From assembly GCF_030028105.1 (NCBI RefSeq), contig NC_092379.1, forward strand, positions 20,623,309 to 20,687,308: 64,000 nt of DNA, in the 5' to 3' direction. A program made the position numbers and the translations under genes. The stretch's first letter is position 1, and every line of letters starts with the position of its first letter. The DNA comes from Mobula birostris (lineage: Eukaryota). Below are positions 1 through 13,849 of this stretch, piece by piece. The notes beneath the pieces were generated by a model, which had not been told where the DNA came from, did no database searches, and saw only the letters and a list, made by a program, of their open reading frames with translations.

Positions 1-210
1 TGATAGGTGCCTGGAATGCACTGGCAGGAGTGGGGTGAATCAGCATGATAGTACAGTTGAGATACATTTGAAAAAGCACATGACCATTCAGGATACGGAG
101 GGATGTGGATTCTGTGCTGATAGTTCGGTTTAGATTAATTTGGTGGTGTGGTTGTCACAGTCATCATGGGCTGAAGGGCCTGTTCCTGTGCTGTACTGTT
201 CTGTGTTGTA
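1..210 (+). mobile_element. CR1 LINE 3'-end fragment
   Basis: Typical CR1 3' UTR ending gaagggcctgttcctgtgctgtactgttct. Confidence 0.7.
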
Positions 211-229
211 GGTTTACTTGAAGCTCAGT

Positions 230-524
230 AACTATTTGTTATTAATAGCTGACAGATGTCTGAAACTCTGTGATAACATTAACACTCAGTCCTTACACTT
301 CCTGTCAGGTTTAATTTGAGCAGGGGGCCCTCCCAGTGGAGCTGTGTTACTAAAAAGAATAAACACACTACTTTACATATGTAAATACAAATCTAACATT
401 GTGCTTTGCACCAACCAACAGGTTCACATTTACCACACAGAATGAGACAAAATGAATCAAAACCAAAGGACAAAAGACACAGAGACAGCAAGACCCTCTC
501 CTCGTTACAGAGCATTTGCCTCAT
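230..524 (-). pseudogene. Divergent fifth copy (C) of the module: hydrophobic first exon 524-434, 84-nt intron, exon from 349
   Basis: MRQMLCNEERVLLSLCLLSFGFDSFCLILC, donor GTAAAT and acceptor ctttttag. It shares ccactggg and gagtttcag...ctattaata motifs with the other copies. Confidence 0.3.
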
Positions 525-1692
525 GTCAGAAACAGGCTCACTGTAATGATGATTGACTGTTACTGATTGATTTATTGATTATGCTATGGAATGAGCAGTT
601 CACATGTATGTACACTTGCGTTTTATGTTCTGTAGCAGTTGGGAGACTCCCACTGACAACTGAAAGTGTGTTTGCTCAGACTGAGCACAGAAGTCCATCC
701 TGATGACTGTAGTTCAGGTGATCAGATGATTGTGAATTGGCAGCAATCAAGTGGAAAATAAGGGGAAACTAAGAGATGTCACAGACTGCCTTGTCAATAT
801 TCCATCAATGGGCAGAATCCCGGTGTGACATGCTGGAGCTGATGTTTATTGAAGAGAATGAAGGCTGCCTGGTGATTCTAGTTTAGACTGAAGCAGCCAC
901 ACAGATCACAATCGCTATGAATCACTAAGCTGGGGGTTATCATTGGCCTGGAAGCTCTCAGGCCCTGAAGATCAGGTTTAACAAACTTGCATATTCAGAG
1001 AGATTCAATGATCTGTCATCCAATTGTCACTGCAAGGTTGTCAGCTGATGAGGTCCACAAGTTCAGATATCTACTAAACCTTTCTTTCTGACATCTGGAC
1101 AGTAAAATGTATAGTTTTACTCCTGTAAGAGCCTTAGGCCAGTAGCTTGCTGTTTGATTTTTGTATTCACCTTAAATAAAATAGCATCTCTGAATCGGAT
1201 TCGTGTCTTTAAACTCTGAATCTATTCTGGTAAGAACAGATCGATAGATCTCACAATACCTGAAAATAACTGTCCTGAAGAAGGTACTGGATGGTACTGC
1301 CGTACCATTTTGGGAATTTTGTGCTTTCAGATGTCAGATTGGACTACACCCTATTTTCATTGTGGTTTAACTTTATTATGTTTGTTTGTTTTTAAAATAA
1401 TTATCAATAAACATGTAATTGTTCAGTGGGTTGCCATTGTCTGTGTATCTACTGGAAACTCTCAGTTTCAGTGGTGAGTATCATATTGCTCAAATAGGGA
1501 CTATCTCATTGGTTAATTTCAGCATGGGAATTTGAATGGAATTTCTGCTCCCAGTATTCTGCAGTCATAAGCAATGGGTTTTAATGCCCCTTCTGACATC
1601 TGAAGAACATTAGGTCGCAAAGACATCCGGACCCAACACAAGTTTAAGTTTTGATCAAATAATCCATCAGACAGGCTGGGGAACCCAGCATT

Positions 1693-1985
1693 TGGGTGGC
1701 ATGGTAGTGTAGTGGTTAGCAGAATGCTTTCCAGTGCAGGTGACCTGGGATTCAATTCCTGCCACTGGCTGTAAGGAATTTGTAATTTCTCCCCGAGAAT
1801 GTGTGGGTTTCCACCGGGTCTCCGGTTTCCTCTCACAGTCCAAAGACATACCATTTGGTGCTTTAATTGGTCATTGTAAATTGTCCTGTGATTAGACTGG
1901 GATTAAATCGGGGGATTCCTGAGCAGTGTGGTTCGAAGGGCCAGAAGGGCCTATTCCATGCTGTATGCCAATAAATAAATAAATT
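1693..1985 (+). mobile_element. tRNA-derived SINE (HE1-like)
   Basis: tRNA-like head with A/B boxes (tagtgtagtggttagc ... ggattcaattcc), a CR1-like tail and (AATA)n. Confidence 0.8.
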
Positions 1986-2726
1986 AAATAATTTTCATGG
2001 ACTTTACTGATTTTTGCTATGAGTTCATTCTAAAATGATTCTGAAGTTTCCTCTCATCCTCCTCCATATGGGAGTCCAGTCAATTACTCTGTCTGAGGAG
2101 CTTTCTCAACAAAGTTCACATATTCATTCTAATGAATTTAAACCTGCAGTACTGCCTTTCTCTTCCTCTTTAATTTAAATCCATCTTATGGATGTCATTT
2201 CCATTCCCTTCACTCTTCTATCACTCTGTGTCTGACGTCTCAGTGAGTCAGTAAATTGTGGTGTAAACCATTTCAGCACATCATCCCGTCGGACTGAGGC
2301 ATTGCTTCCAGATTCCTCCTCTGACCAGATACTTCCTCACCTGCCACTCCCTCTCCTTCTATGACCTGACATCTGATTTATGCTCCTGTGAAACACCTTC
2401 TGATAATTTCCTATATTAAATCCACATTGTAAATGCAAGTGGTTGCTTTTGGGTAAAATTGTCCAATTATTTTGCATTGCAGACCAACCATGTCCACAAA
2501 TGAGCCACAAAAGTTCTTGATGATGAATGGGGGCTGAGTCCCAAGGAAGTCACATTTTCTATTAGAATGTGCAAGAGCATAGAAAATAAAATCAGAAAAC
2601 TGTGAGGTAGGCAGTGTCTGGGAAAGAACATCAATCACTGGTGATTCTGGTCTGCATTCCCCTTCAGATTGCAGTGAGGTCACACTCACCTCTTTTGATG
2701 TTTAACCCCGGGAACACTTACAATAC

Positions 2727-2826
2727 TTCTGTACTAACCATTAACCACTGAGTCTGTACTAAACTTTAACCAGACTGAGTCTGCACTAACCATTATTAAC
2801 CACTGAGTCTGCACTAACTATTAACC
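2727..2826. repeat. Short tandem repeat (about 4 copies of a 25-30 bp unit, ctgyactaaccattaaccactgagt)
   Basis: Direct inspection of the sequence. Confidence 0.7.
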
Positions 2827-5260
2827 ACCTGGCCTATAATCTCTTTTCTTCTGCCTTTGTCTCTTCTTAAAGAATAGAGTGACATTTGCAATTTCCCAGT
2901 CCTCTGGAACCATTTCAGAATCTAGTGATTGTTGAAAGATCATTACTAATGCCTCCACAGTCTCTTCAGCTACCTCTTTCAGAGCCCTGAAGTGACATCC
3001 ATCAAGTCCAGGTGATTTAAGCGCCTTCAGACTTTTCAACTTCCCAAGCACCTTCTCCTTCGTAATAGAAATGACACTCATTTCTGCCCCCTGACACTCT
3101 TGCATTTCTGGCATTCTGCTGGTGTGTTCCACAGTGAAGACTAACATAAAATATTTTCTAAGTTCTCCTGTCATTTCTTTACTCACATTTCTACTTTTCC
3201 AGCGTAATATTCCAGTGGTCCGATGTCCATTCTGGTCTCTCATTTACTTGATATATATCTGAAAAAAATTTCGGTATCCTCTTTTATATTATTGGCTAGG
3301 TTACCTTTATATTTCATCCCTTCTCTCTTTAAGTCCTTTTTTAGTTGCCTTTAAGTTTAGGTTAATTTATTGTCATTCATCCAGGTGTGAATGCCCATCA
3401 ATATGGACAAACAAAGCAGCGATTCTCCAGGGCCAAGGTGCAAAACATAGTACAAAGTCATACACAGCACAAACTACAATAGCACATATTAGATAGCAAG
3501 CCTTCTGTTGGTTTTGCTATATTATATGCCCTTTCATTTCCTTTGTGCTGATTTTGACTTCCTTTGATAGTTATGGTTGTTTCATCCTCCCTTTAGAATA
3601 CTTCTTCATCTTTGGGATGCATCTTTCCTGTGCCTTCCAAATTTCTCCCAGAAACTCGAGCCTTTTCAATTCTGCCATCATCCCTGTTACTGACCCCTTC
3701 CAATCTGTGGCTAGTTCCTCTCTCATGTGTCTGTAATTTCCTTTACTGCACTATAATACTGATACATCTGATTTTAACTTCTTCTCAAACTGCAGGGTGA
3801 ATTTTATTATATTATGATCATTTTTCCTCAGGGTTCTTTACCTTAAGCTCTCAAATCAAATGCGGTTCATTATCCTACACCCAATCCAGAATTACTGTTC
3901 CACTTTTGGACTCAACCACAAGATGTTCTAAAAACAATCTCATAGGCATTCTACGAATTTCTTCTCTTGGGATCCAGCAACAACCTCATTTTCCCAATCT
4001 ACCTACATATTGAAATCCCCATGATTCTTGTAACTTTCCCCTTTTTACATGCCCTTCCTCTCTCCCATTGTAATTTGTAGCCCTCATCCTGGCTACTGTT
4101 CAGAGGCCTGTATATAACTCCCATCAGGATCCTTTTCCCCTTGCAATTTCTTAACTCTGCCTACAACGATACTACATCTCTGATACTACGTCACCTCTTT
4201 CTAAGGATTTGATTTCATTTTTTACCGACAGAGCTACCTCATTCCCTCTGCCTACCTGCCTATACTTTTGATATTATGTGTATCTTTGAATGCTGTGATC
4301 TTCTTTCAGCCACGACTCAGTGATGCTCACAACATCATACCTGCCAATCTCTAACTGCGCTACAACACCTTATTCCATATACTGTATGCATTCCAATATA
4401 ACACCTTCAGTCCTGTATTCATCACTCTTTTTGATTTTGGCCCCCTGTTACACTTTAACTCATTCACATGACTTCAATTTTGCCTATCATCTGCCTGTCC
4501 TTTCCTCTCAGCCTCACTATACACCACATCTAGTTGTATACCAACTTCCCCACCCTCAGCCCTATCACTCTGGTTCTCATCCCCCTGCCAAATTAGTCTT
4601 AATCCTCCCGAATAGCTCTTGCAAACCTGCCTGCAAAGATATTTGTCCCCCTCGGGTTCAGGTTGTAACCTGTCCTTTTTGTACAGGTCATACATTCCTC
4701 AGAAGAGATCAGAATGGTCCAGAAATCTGAAACACTCCCCCTGCACCAAATCTTTTGCCACACAATCTGCAGCCAAGTCATCTTACTGTTACCCTCAGTG
4801 GTGCATGGCAGCAATCTAGTGATTACTACCCTGGAGGTCCAGTTCTTCAGCTTTCTATCTAACTCCCTATATTCTCTCTTCAGGACCTCCTCCTTTTCCT
4901 ACCTATATCGTTGTTACTAATATATACCACGTCTTGCAGCTGTTTACTCTCCCCCTTTAGAATGCTCTTGACCTGATCTGAGACATCCCTGACCCTGGCA
5001 CCTGTGAAGCAACACCATCAGGGTGTCTCTTTCACATCCATAGAATCTGCTGCCTGCTCCTCTGATTATGGAATCCACTATCACTGCTGCACTCCTCTTC
5101 CACACCCCCACCTTCCCACCTGAGCCATTGGGACAGACTCAGTGCCAGAGAACAGGTCACTGTGTCTGCCCCCTGGTAGGTCATCACCTCCATCTATATC
5201 CAACGCAGTATACTTATTATTATAACTCTGCACCTATTGTCAGAGCATTTGGAGTGTACT
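2827..5260 (-). mobile_element. Degenerate CR1 LINE (ORF1/endonuclease/5' RT region)
   Basis: KSPGLDG...EDWEIANVTLFFKK motif in the ORF at 2821-3243; CR1-like upstream sequence. Confidence 0.8.
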
Positions 5261-5699
5261 AACAGAAAAAATAAATTTACTCAGAACATCCGACTGTGTT
5301 TGCCCAAGCCAGTTTTCAGGGAAGCCTGTTTCGTCAAAGCCTGACCACTCTAACACTGTTCACTCACACAGTGGCTACTCCACTTTCACCTTGCTTCTTT
5401 TTATTCATCCCTGCGAAGTGCCTAATAGATTGTTATGATTGCAGTCCCAAAAAAACTTGAGCACTTTTTAAGCCTTTTGCTGTGTCACCTTTGAATGTCT
5501 TTTCGCCTGATTGTAGCCCACCAAAAAAGTTCCAAAAGCATCTGAGCTCTTTTTAAACTTTGCACTGCGTCACCAATGAATGACATCTTGTGCTGGTTAC
5601 AAACCATTGAAACGTCCTGAAAACACCCACGCTCTTTTTAAACCTTGCGCTCTGTTATCAATGAATGACCTCTAACAATGGTTGCAACCCACTGAAAAG

Positions 5700-6545
5700 T
5701 AAGCAGTAAAGTCAAGAGCGAAGGTTATGAAAATTACAGTGGAATCCTGTTCAGATGAATAAGTGGACTGAAGGGTGGTAAATGGAGTTCTATTCAGGGA
5801 AGTCCAAGGTGTAATACTTTGGAAATTTAAACCAGGTAGGACGTCCGCAGTGAACGATAGGGTCCTGGAGGGTGTTGTGGAACAAACAGACCTTGGAGTT
5901 CAAATAGAAAGCTGAAAACAGGACTTCCAGTGCAGTAATCTTTGGATTTCTGCCTGTGCCACATGCCTTTGAGGATAAAAATAGAATGAGTTGGCAAATG
6001 AAAGTATGGTTGAGAAACTGGTACAGGGGGCAGGATTTCAGATTTCTGGATAAAAGATTATAGTTGGGAGCTTAACATCCAAGGATACACAGTGTATCAA
6101 AAGGATAGGTAAGTAGGCAGAGGGGGTGGCATGGGAGATGGAGAAACATTGTGGGTAGTGTTAAGGAACTGCAAAGGTAGAAAGATCCTGAAGGGAGTTA
6201 TATACAGATTTCCAAACAGCAGCCAGGATGTGGGCGACAAATTAAAATGTGAGATATAAAACACAAGTCAAAAGAGCAAAGTGGCAATAGTCATAGATTG
6301 GGAAAATCAGGTTTGTTGCTGAATTTGGATTCCAAGAGAGAGAATTTGTGGATTGCCTATGAGATGGATTTTTATAGCAGCTTGTGCTTGAACCCACCAG
6401 GGGATCAAATATTCTGGATTGTGTGTCATGTGATGAACCAGGTTTGATTTGGGAGCTCAAGGTAAAGGAACCCTCAGGAGCCAGTTATCAAATTATGATA
6501 GAATTCACGCCGCAATTTGAAAGGGAGAAGCTAAGGTCAGATTTA
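5700..6545 (+). mobile_element. CR1 LINE fragments (endonuclease region)
   Basis: LEPTRGSNILDCV...KVKEP...SYQIMIEF. Confidence 0.7.
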
Positions 6546-9500
6546 TCAGAACGTAGAAGAGCACAGCACAGGAACAGACTCTTCAGCCCACAATATTGTG
6601 CCGAACCAGCTAAAAAGTAAATCAAAATTCCCCTAAAACTAATCTCTCCTAGTTACACAATGTCTATATCCATCCATTTTCCTCATATTCATGTGCCTAT
6701 CCATAAGTCTCGGAAAAGTCTCTAATGTATTTGCCCCAACACTATACATCTCTCATAATCTTGTAAACCTCAGCCTCCGCCACTCCAAAGAAAACAACCT
6801 AAGTTTGTTGAGCCTCTCATGATAGCACATCCCCTCAAAACCAGACAGCAATCTGTTAAACCTCTTCTGCACCCTCTCCAAAGCCTCAATATCCTTCCTA
6901 TAGTGGGGTGACCAGAAATGTGTCCAATCCTCCAGATGTGACCTAACCAGAATTTCATAAAATTGCAACATGACCCCTTGACTTTTGAACTCAATGCCTT
7001 GACTAATAAAAGCAAGCATTCAATAAGCCTTCTTAACCACCCTATCCACCAGTGTCGCCGCTTTCAAGGAGCTATGAACTTGGACCCTAAAATCTCTCTG
7101 CTCAGCAACACTATTAAGGGTCTTACCCTGAACAGTGTACTGTCTCCTTGCATTTACCTTACCAAGGTGCATCACCTCACCTTTATCTGGGTTAGGCTCA
7201 ATCTGTAATTTCTCTGCCCATATCTATATCATGTTCTATTCTTTGCCAGCCTTCTACACTGTCCACAACTCCACGAGTTTTGGTATCACCTGCAAACTTA
7301 CTAACCCCCCCATCTACATTTTCATCCAGGTCATTTATATACAGTACGTCACAAACAACGGAAGTATCAGCACAGGTCCCTGCGGAACACCACCAATTAC
7401 AGACCTCCAGCTCAAATAAGTCCCTTTGACCAATACCCTCAGTCTTCTCTGCTCAAGCTACTTCTGAATTGAAACATCCAATTCGCCGTGGACCCCTTGC
7501 ATCCTAATCTTCTGGATTAACCTCCCAGGAGAGACTTTATCAAACGCCTTACTAAAACCCATGTGGACAACATCCACTGCTCTACCTTGATCTGTCAGTC
7601 TTGTCACCTTGTCAAAAAACTCAATCAAGTTGGGAAGGCATGATCTGCCCTGCACAAAGTCATGCTGGCTCTCCGTAGTTAGGCTATGGGTTTCCAAATG
7701 CTCATATATCCTATCCCTAAAATTTTTCTCCAGCAATTTCCCTACAACTGATGTTAGACTCCCTGTTCTATAGTTGCCAGGATTTTCCTTTGTTCCCTCC
7801 TTAAATAGAGGTACAACATTAGCTAATTGCCAGTCATCAGGAACCTTGCCTGTGCCTAGAGAGGGACCAAAGATACTGGTTAAGGGCCGAGCAATCTTCC
7901 TCAATTACCTGGGGTAAATCCCATCAGGCCCTGGGGACTTATCCACTTTAATACTCATTAGTATATACAACACTGCCTTCTCCTTAAACTCTAAATGCCA
8001 TAACACTCAGCTCTGATCTCCTGCTCCTCCATGAAATATTGAAGCAAAGTATTCATTAAGTACTTCATTCACCTTCTCCACATCCAAGCAAATGTTCCCC
8101 TCTTTATCCATGTGTAGCCCTACCTTCTCCCTAGTTATCTTCTTGTTCTTGATGTATGTGTGGAATACCTTAGGATTCAGCTTAATCCTACTTCCCAAGG
8201 ACTTTTCATCGTCCCTCCTAGCTTTCCTAATTCCTTTCTTTAGTTCATTTCTGGTTTCTTTATACTCCTCAGGCGCTTCGTTTGATTCAAACTTCTGAAC
8301 CTTTACATGCTTTTCCCTTTTCTTCTTGACAAAATTCATCACCTCTCATGACATCCAAAGTTCTCTTATCTTTCCATCTCTGCCTTTCCTTCTAACAGGA
8401 ACATACATTTACTGTACTCTGTGCAATTGGTCTTTAAACACCCTCCACATGTCTGATGTGGACTTGCCAGAAAAAAAGAATTTCTCAAATAACACTTCTT
8501 AGTTCCTGCCTAATGCTCTCATAATTTGCCCTTATCCAATTTAACAATCTCCTGCAATGACCATACCTGTCCTTATCTATAGCTATCCTGAAAGTTAAGG
8601 AGTTGTGGTCACTGTTCCCTAACTGCTCGTTCACAGAGTGGTTGATCACCTGGCCAGGTTCATCACCCAACACCAGGACCAGTACAGACCCTCCTCTTGT
8701 TCCACCGTCTTGTGATTGCACCTCTCCTGTTCTTGAGTTCCATCCAAATGGACACAGTGTCTGAACCCTCTATTATGTTTCCCCTCAGTGCAGCTGTGAG
8801 ATTGTCCCTTAGTGGCGTACATCCCCCACCCCCCATTTTACCTCCTTCCCTATCTTTTCTAAAACATTGAAAACCTGGTACATTAATACCAATTCCTGCC
8901 CCTCTCTCAACCAAGTCTCTGTAATGGCCACATCATAGCTCCATGTCCCGATCCATGCTCTAGGTTCATCCACTTTACCCATAATACTCCTTGCATTAAA
9001 ACACAGACACTTCAAACTGTGCATCTCATCATACCAGGGTTATTTTGATTTTGCATATTAATACTTCAGTTACTGAACTGATGCTTGGTTTCCAGACACT
9101 GTAAACTCTCCCCATTAGCATTAGCAAACGTCTTGGCCAGGATATTCACTCCCCTTCAGTCCAGGTGGAACCCATCTCTCTTATCCAGGTCAGGCCTTCC
9201 CCAGAAAAGGTCCCAATGATCCAAGAATTTTAAACCCTGCCCCCTGCACCACCTCCTCAGCCACTCATTCATCTGTGCTATCATCCCATTCCTACCAGCA
9301 CTAGTCCATACATCGGGAGTAATCCGGAGATTACTATCTTGGAGGTCCTTCTCTTCAGCCTCTTCCCGAACCCGACATACTGACATTTGCCAATGTTTTT
9401 GGTGCCAATATGGATCAGAACCTCTGGCTGTTCACCCTCCCTTGTGGGAATATCTTGTCATCTCTCTGATACATCCTGGACCCTAGCATTCAGAAGGGAA

Positions 9501-9880
9501 CACACCCCTCTGGTGTCTCTTTTGCGGCCACAGAATCACCTGTCTGTCCCCTTAACTGTCAAATCCCTCACCACTTCTGCACTGCCTGGATTTACCCTTC
9601 CCTGCTGAGCATCAGAGCTGGCCACAGTGCCACTAGCCTGGCTGCTGCTGCTGTGCCCTGATGGGTCATCCCCCACAGCAGTGTCCAAAGAGGTATACTT
9701 GTTGCTGAGGCCAATGGCCATAGGGGAACCTTGCAATTACTGCTGAATCCCCTTAACTCTCCTGGTGATCACCCATCTACTGTGTGAAGCCCATACTCTG
9801 GGTGTGACCACCTCTTCAATAGTCCCATCTATAATGTCTTCTGCCTCCCGGATGATCCTGAGTACATCCAACTCCAGCTC
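6545..9880 (-). mobile_element. Degenerate CR1 LINE retaining ORF1 esterase, endonuclease and RT pieces
   Basis: SGNH-esterase-like ORF1 text (VRDLTVKGTDR; NEWLRRWC...LDHWDLFWGR...DGFHL), CLCFNARSI, NYRTGSLTSVVGK and MGFSKAFDKV. Confidence 0.88.
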
Positions 9881-12545
9881 CAGTGGAGAGTTACACTGGG
9901 GTAAAAGGAATTACAGAGTCATGAGAGAGGAGCATACCAACATTGAATGGAAGGGGACACTAACAGAGAAGATGGCAGAGGAGCAAAGGCAAGTATTCTG
10001 GAGGCAGGATGACATTCCTATGGCTGACAAGGCAAGTCAAAGCCAACTTGAAAGCAAAAGAAAGGGCATAAAATAGAGCAACAACTAGTGGCGAGTTAGA
10101 GGATTGGGATGCTTTAAAAAACCAACAGAAGGCAACTAAAAAAGCCGTAGGAAGAGAAAAGATGAAATATGAAGGTAAACTCACCAATAATATCAAAGAG
10201 GGTACCAAAAGATTTTTCAGATATCGAAAGTGTGAAAGTGAGGCAAGAGTAGATAGCAGAACACTGGAAAATAACACTGGAGACATAGTAATGGGAGATA
10301 AGGAAATGGTGGATGAACTGAATGAATATTTTCCATCAGTCTTCACTGTAGAACACACTAGCAGTTTGCCAGAGGTTTGAGAGTGTCATGGGGCATAAGG
10401 GAAAAGGTGCCTGAGAAGCTGAAAGGTCTGAAGGTAAATAAACGACCTGGGACAGATGGACTACACCCTGGATTTCAGAAAGAGGCAGGTGAAGAGATTG
10501 TGAAAACATTAGTGGTGATTTTTCAAGAATCACTAGATTCTGGCATGGTTCTAGAGGACTGGAAAGTTGCAAATATCACTCCACTCTTCAAGAAAGGCTA
10601 GAGGCAAAAGAAAGCATATTATAGGTCAGTTAGCCTGGCCTGAGTGGCTGGGAAGATATTGGGAGTCGATTGTTGAGAATGAAGTTTCAGGGTCCTTGGA
10701 GGCATGTAATAAAATGGCCAAGTCAGCATGGTTTCCTTAAGAGGAAATCTTGTCTGACAAATCCACTGGAATTCTTTGAGGAAATAACAAACAGGATAGA
10801 CAAAGGAGAGCTGGTGGATATTGTGTTCTTGAATTTTAAAAAGGCCTTTGACAAGGTGCCACACATGAGGCTGCTTAGCAAGAGAAGATCCATGTTATTA
10901 CAGGAAAGATGCTAGCATGGATAGAGCATTGGCTGACTGGCAGGAGGCAGAGAGTGGGAATAAAGGGAACCATTTCTGATTGGCTGCCAGTGACTAATGA
11001 TGTTCCGTAGGGGTCAGTATTGGGACCGCTTCTTTTTACATTGTGTGAATGACTTGGATGACAGAATTGATGGCTTTTTGGTCAAGTTTGCGGACAATAC
11101 GAAGGTACATAGGTGGAGGGGCAGGTAGTGTTGAGGAAGCAGGTAGGCTGCAGGAAGGATATAGATTAGGAGAATGGACAAAGAAATGGCAGATGGAATA
11201 TACTGTAGGGAAGTGTATAATCATGCACCTTGGTAGAAGGAATAAAAGTGTAAACTATTTTCTAAACGGGGAGAATACTCAAAAATCCAGGATGCAAAGG
11301 GGCTTCAAAGGGACTTAGGAGTTCTCATGCAGATATCCCTGAAGTTTAAATTGTAGGTCAGTGGTGAGGAAAGCAAATGCAATGTTACCATTCATTTCAG
11401 ACAACTAGAACATAAAAACTAGGATGTAATTCTGAGGATTTATAAGGCATTGGTGTAGCTTCACTTGGAGTATTGAGAGCAGTTTTGGGCCCTTATCTAA
11501 GTAAGGATGTGTTGACATTGGGCAGAGTTCAAAGGAGGTTCATGAAAATGACTTCTGGATTGAAAGGCTAATCATATGAGGAGCATTTGATAGCTCTGGG
11601 CCTGTACTCGCTAGAATTCAGAAGAATTGGGGGAGGATCTGATTGATATCTATCGAATGCTGAAAGGCCTGGATAAGAATGCATGTGCAGAGGATGTTCC
11701 CCATGGTGGGGGAGTTTAGGACAAAAGGGTACAACTTCGGAATGGAAGGACGTCCATTTAAAAAGAGATGAGGAACAATTTCTTTAGCAGTTATGGAGGC
11801 CAGGTCACTGAGTGTGTTTAAAATGGAGATTGATAAATTCTCGATAAATCAGGGCATGATAGATTATGGGGAGAAGGTAAGAGAATGGGATTGAGAGGGA
11901 AATGGATCAGCCATGATCAAATGGCGGATCAGAGCCAATCAGCTGAATGGCCTAATTCTGCTCCAATATCTTATGGTCTATATGGTCACTGAAAGTGGAG
12001 TCACATGTGGACAGGGTGGTGTAGAAGACTGGTGGTATTCTGTGTAAAAATTGGGAGCACTTGGTGGCATTGTACAAGGTGCTGGTGAGGTTGTATTTGG
12101 AGTATTTTGTTCGTTTTTTATCCATCCTGCTGGTGAAAAATGTTATTAATCTGGAAAGAGTGCAGAAAAGATTTACAAGGATGTTGCCATGACTGAGTTA
12201 AAGGGAGAGGTTGTCCAGACTAGGACTTTCATTGGAGTGAATATACAAATTGCAGAACATATAATTTATTCACAGTCGCTGTGAGGAGTCAAAATAACAG
12301 TGAGATGGATGTCTTTCTGCTACTGTACTTGGTTATTAAATCTCTAGCAATCTCCAGCTTAGATCTGGTGAAAAACTCTGGCTTGCAGGAGATTGTGTGG
12401 AGATTTTGTAGAGATGCAAACAATCAAGAGGGAAATGGATAGGAAAAGTTCCCACAAAATGCTGTCATTGCGACGAGCTTGGATGGGCCTCTTGGTCAGC
12501 ATGGACGAGGTGGGCCGAAGGGCCTGTTTCCATATTCCTTGACTC
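9880..12545 (+). mobile_element. Degenerate CR1 ORF2 (RT) plus an additional CR1 3' fragment
   Basis: DWKVANITPLFKK, FLNFKKAFDKVPH and the CR1 3' UTR. Confidence 0.88.
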
Positions 12546-12639
12546 TCTGACGCTCCAAATGCAAGTGCAATTTACCGTGGGCAATTAACCCACCAACAAT
12601 CATGCATTTGGGATTTGGAAGAAAGACATATTTCAATGT

Positions 12640-13045
12640 GACATATTCATCTGAAGAGCTCTTTCAGACTCAGGAACTGTGACCCACATCTACCACCCTC
12701 TCTGTCTGACGGGTACACTGACACCCAGTGGCTGTTGGTTGGTATTACAACAATCAGTTTGACTGAAGCCTGAAGATTTGGAGGTGTTCCTCTGACCCCC
12801 AGTGGTTGCAGTTTATCACTGCAAGGTGACAAAGGCTTCCAGTCAAATTGTCTTCAATCCAGACACAAGAGTCTGTAAATGCTGGGATCTAGAGCTGCAC
12901 ATAATTTACTGGAGAAACTCAGCGGGTTGAACAACATCGATGGAAAGAAGCTGTTGAAACCCTGAATGAGGACAGTCCAGGAGCATCTGGGTTTACACAG
13001 ACAGAATGAAATTACCGAAGTAAAGAAAACCTGCTGATGTTGCAA
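12640..13045 (-). pseudogene. Unidentified two-exon signal-peptide-like module, copy A
   Basis: Leader-like segment (LQHQQVFFTSVISFCL, 13045-12997), acceptor ccttgcag|T at 12818, and a second exon ending LKELFR-stop. Confidence 0.45.
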
Positions 13046-13399
13046 ATCAGAAGTGAAAAAATCTTGCCAGCACCGGACAGGCAAAATACATTGTACATCA
13101 GCAGTGGAGGGAACGAAATGGAGTGTCGGTGAGTAGATCATATACATCTTTAAATGTGCCCACTCATGGATGTCAATGATCAAGTCAACACAATTGTAAA
13201 ATAGCAAAAAATTAAGTCCAATGAACAAGAGCTCTGATCAAAGCCCTCTTGAAGACATCCTATAAATGCAAATTATTTCAAGGTAATGATGCATTGACAG
13301 AAAAAGACAGTGAGAGAAAGCAGGAATTATATAAAGTGTCCTGCCAGTGAGATACTAACTGATGAACGAAAACCCTCTCTTTTCCCTGTCTGTCACTTT

Positions 13400-13740
13400 C
13401 AATGTGCCAAATTCATCTGAAGAGCTCCTGTAGTCTCAGGGCCTTCTGGCGCAGTGGAATCCTCCTGTGCACTGCTTCACCCACACCATTCAGCAGTGTC
13501 TCTGTGCCTGACTGTTACACTGACACCCAGAGACTGTCATTTACTATTACAGCAGCCAGTTTACCTGAATCCTGAATATCTGGAGGTGTTCCTCTTGACT
13601 CCTTGTGGCTGCAGTTATTATTGCAGGGAAACAAATTGTTTAAATTAAATCGGCCTCAGACAAAATTAGCATCTGAACTCCAGCAGGAAGAATGAAATCA
13701 TCACTGAAAGACAACTAACTACACATGTTGCAAATAGGAG
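13400..13740 (-). pseudogene. Unidentified module, copy B
   Basis: Homologous to copy A; the exon ends LRLQELFR-stop, and the splice sites are degenerate. Confidence 0.45.
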
Positions 13741-13849
13741 ATAAAAACTACTGAAATTACAGGACAGGCAGTATCTGTGCAGAGAAACAAACTAATATCA
13801 CAAGCCTTTCACCAGAGCTGTTGAAATTAGACATTTTAAGGTTGAAAAC

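Noticed and set aside
1693-1765. tRNA-like sequence as a tRNA gene
   Set aside because: It is the head of a SINE, is degenerate and continues into SINE body and tail.
5430-5700. Three imperfect repeats of about 86 bp
   Set aside because: They lie between CR1 fragments and are most simply part of a retroelement UTR.
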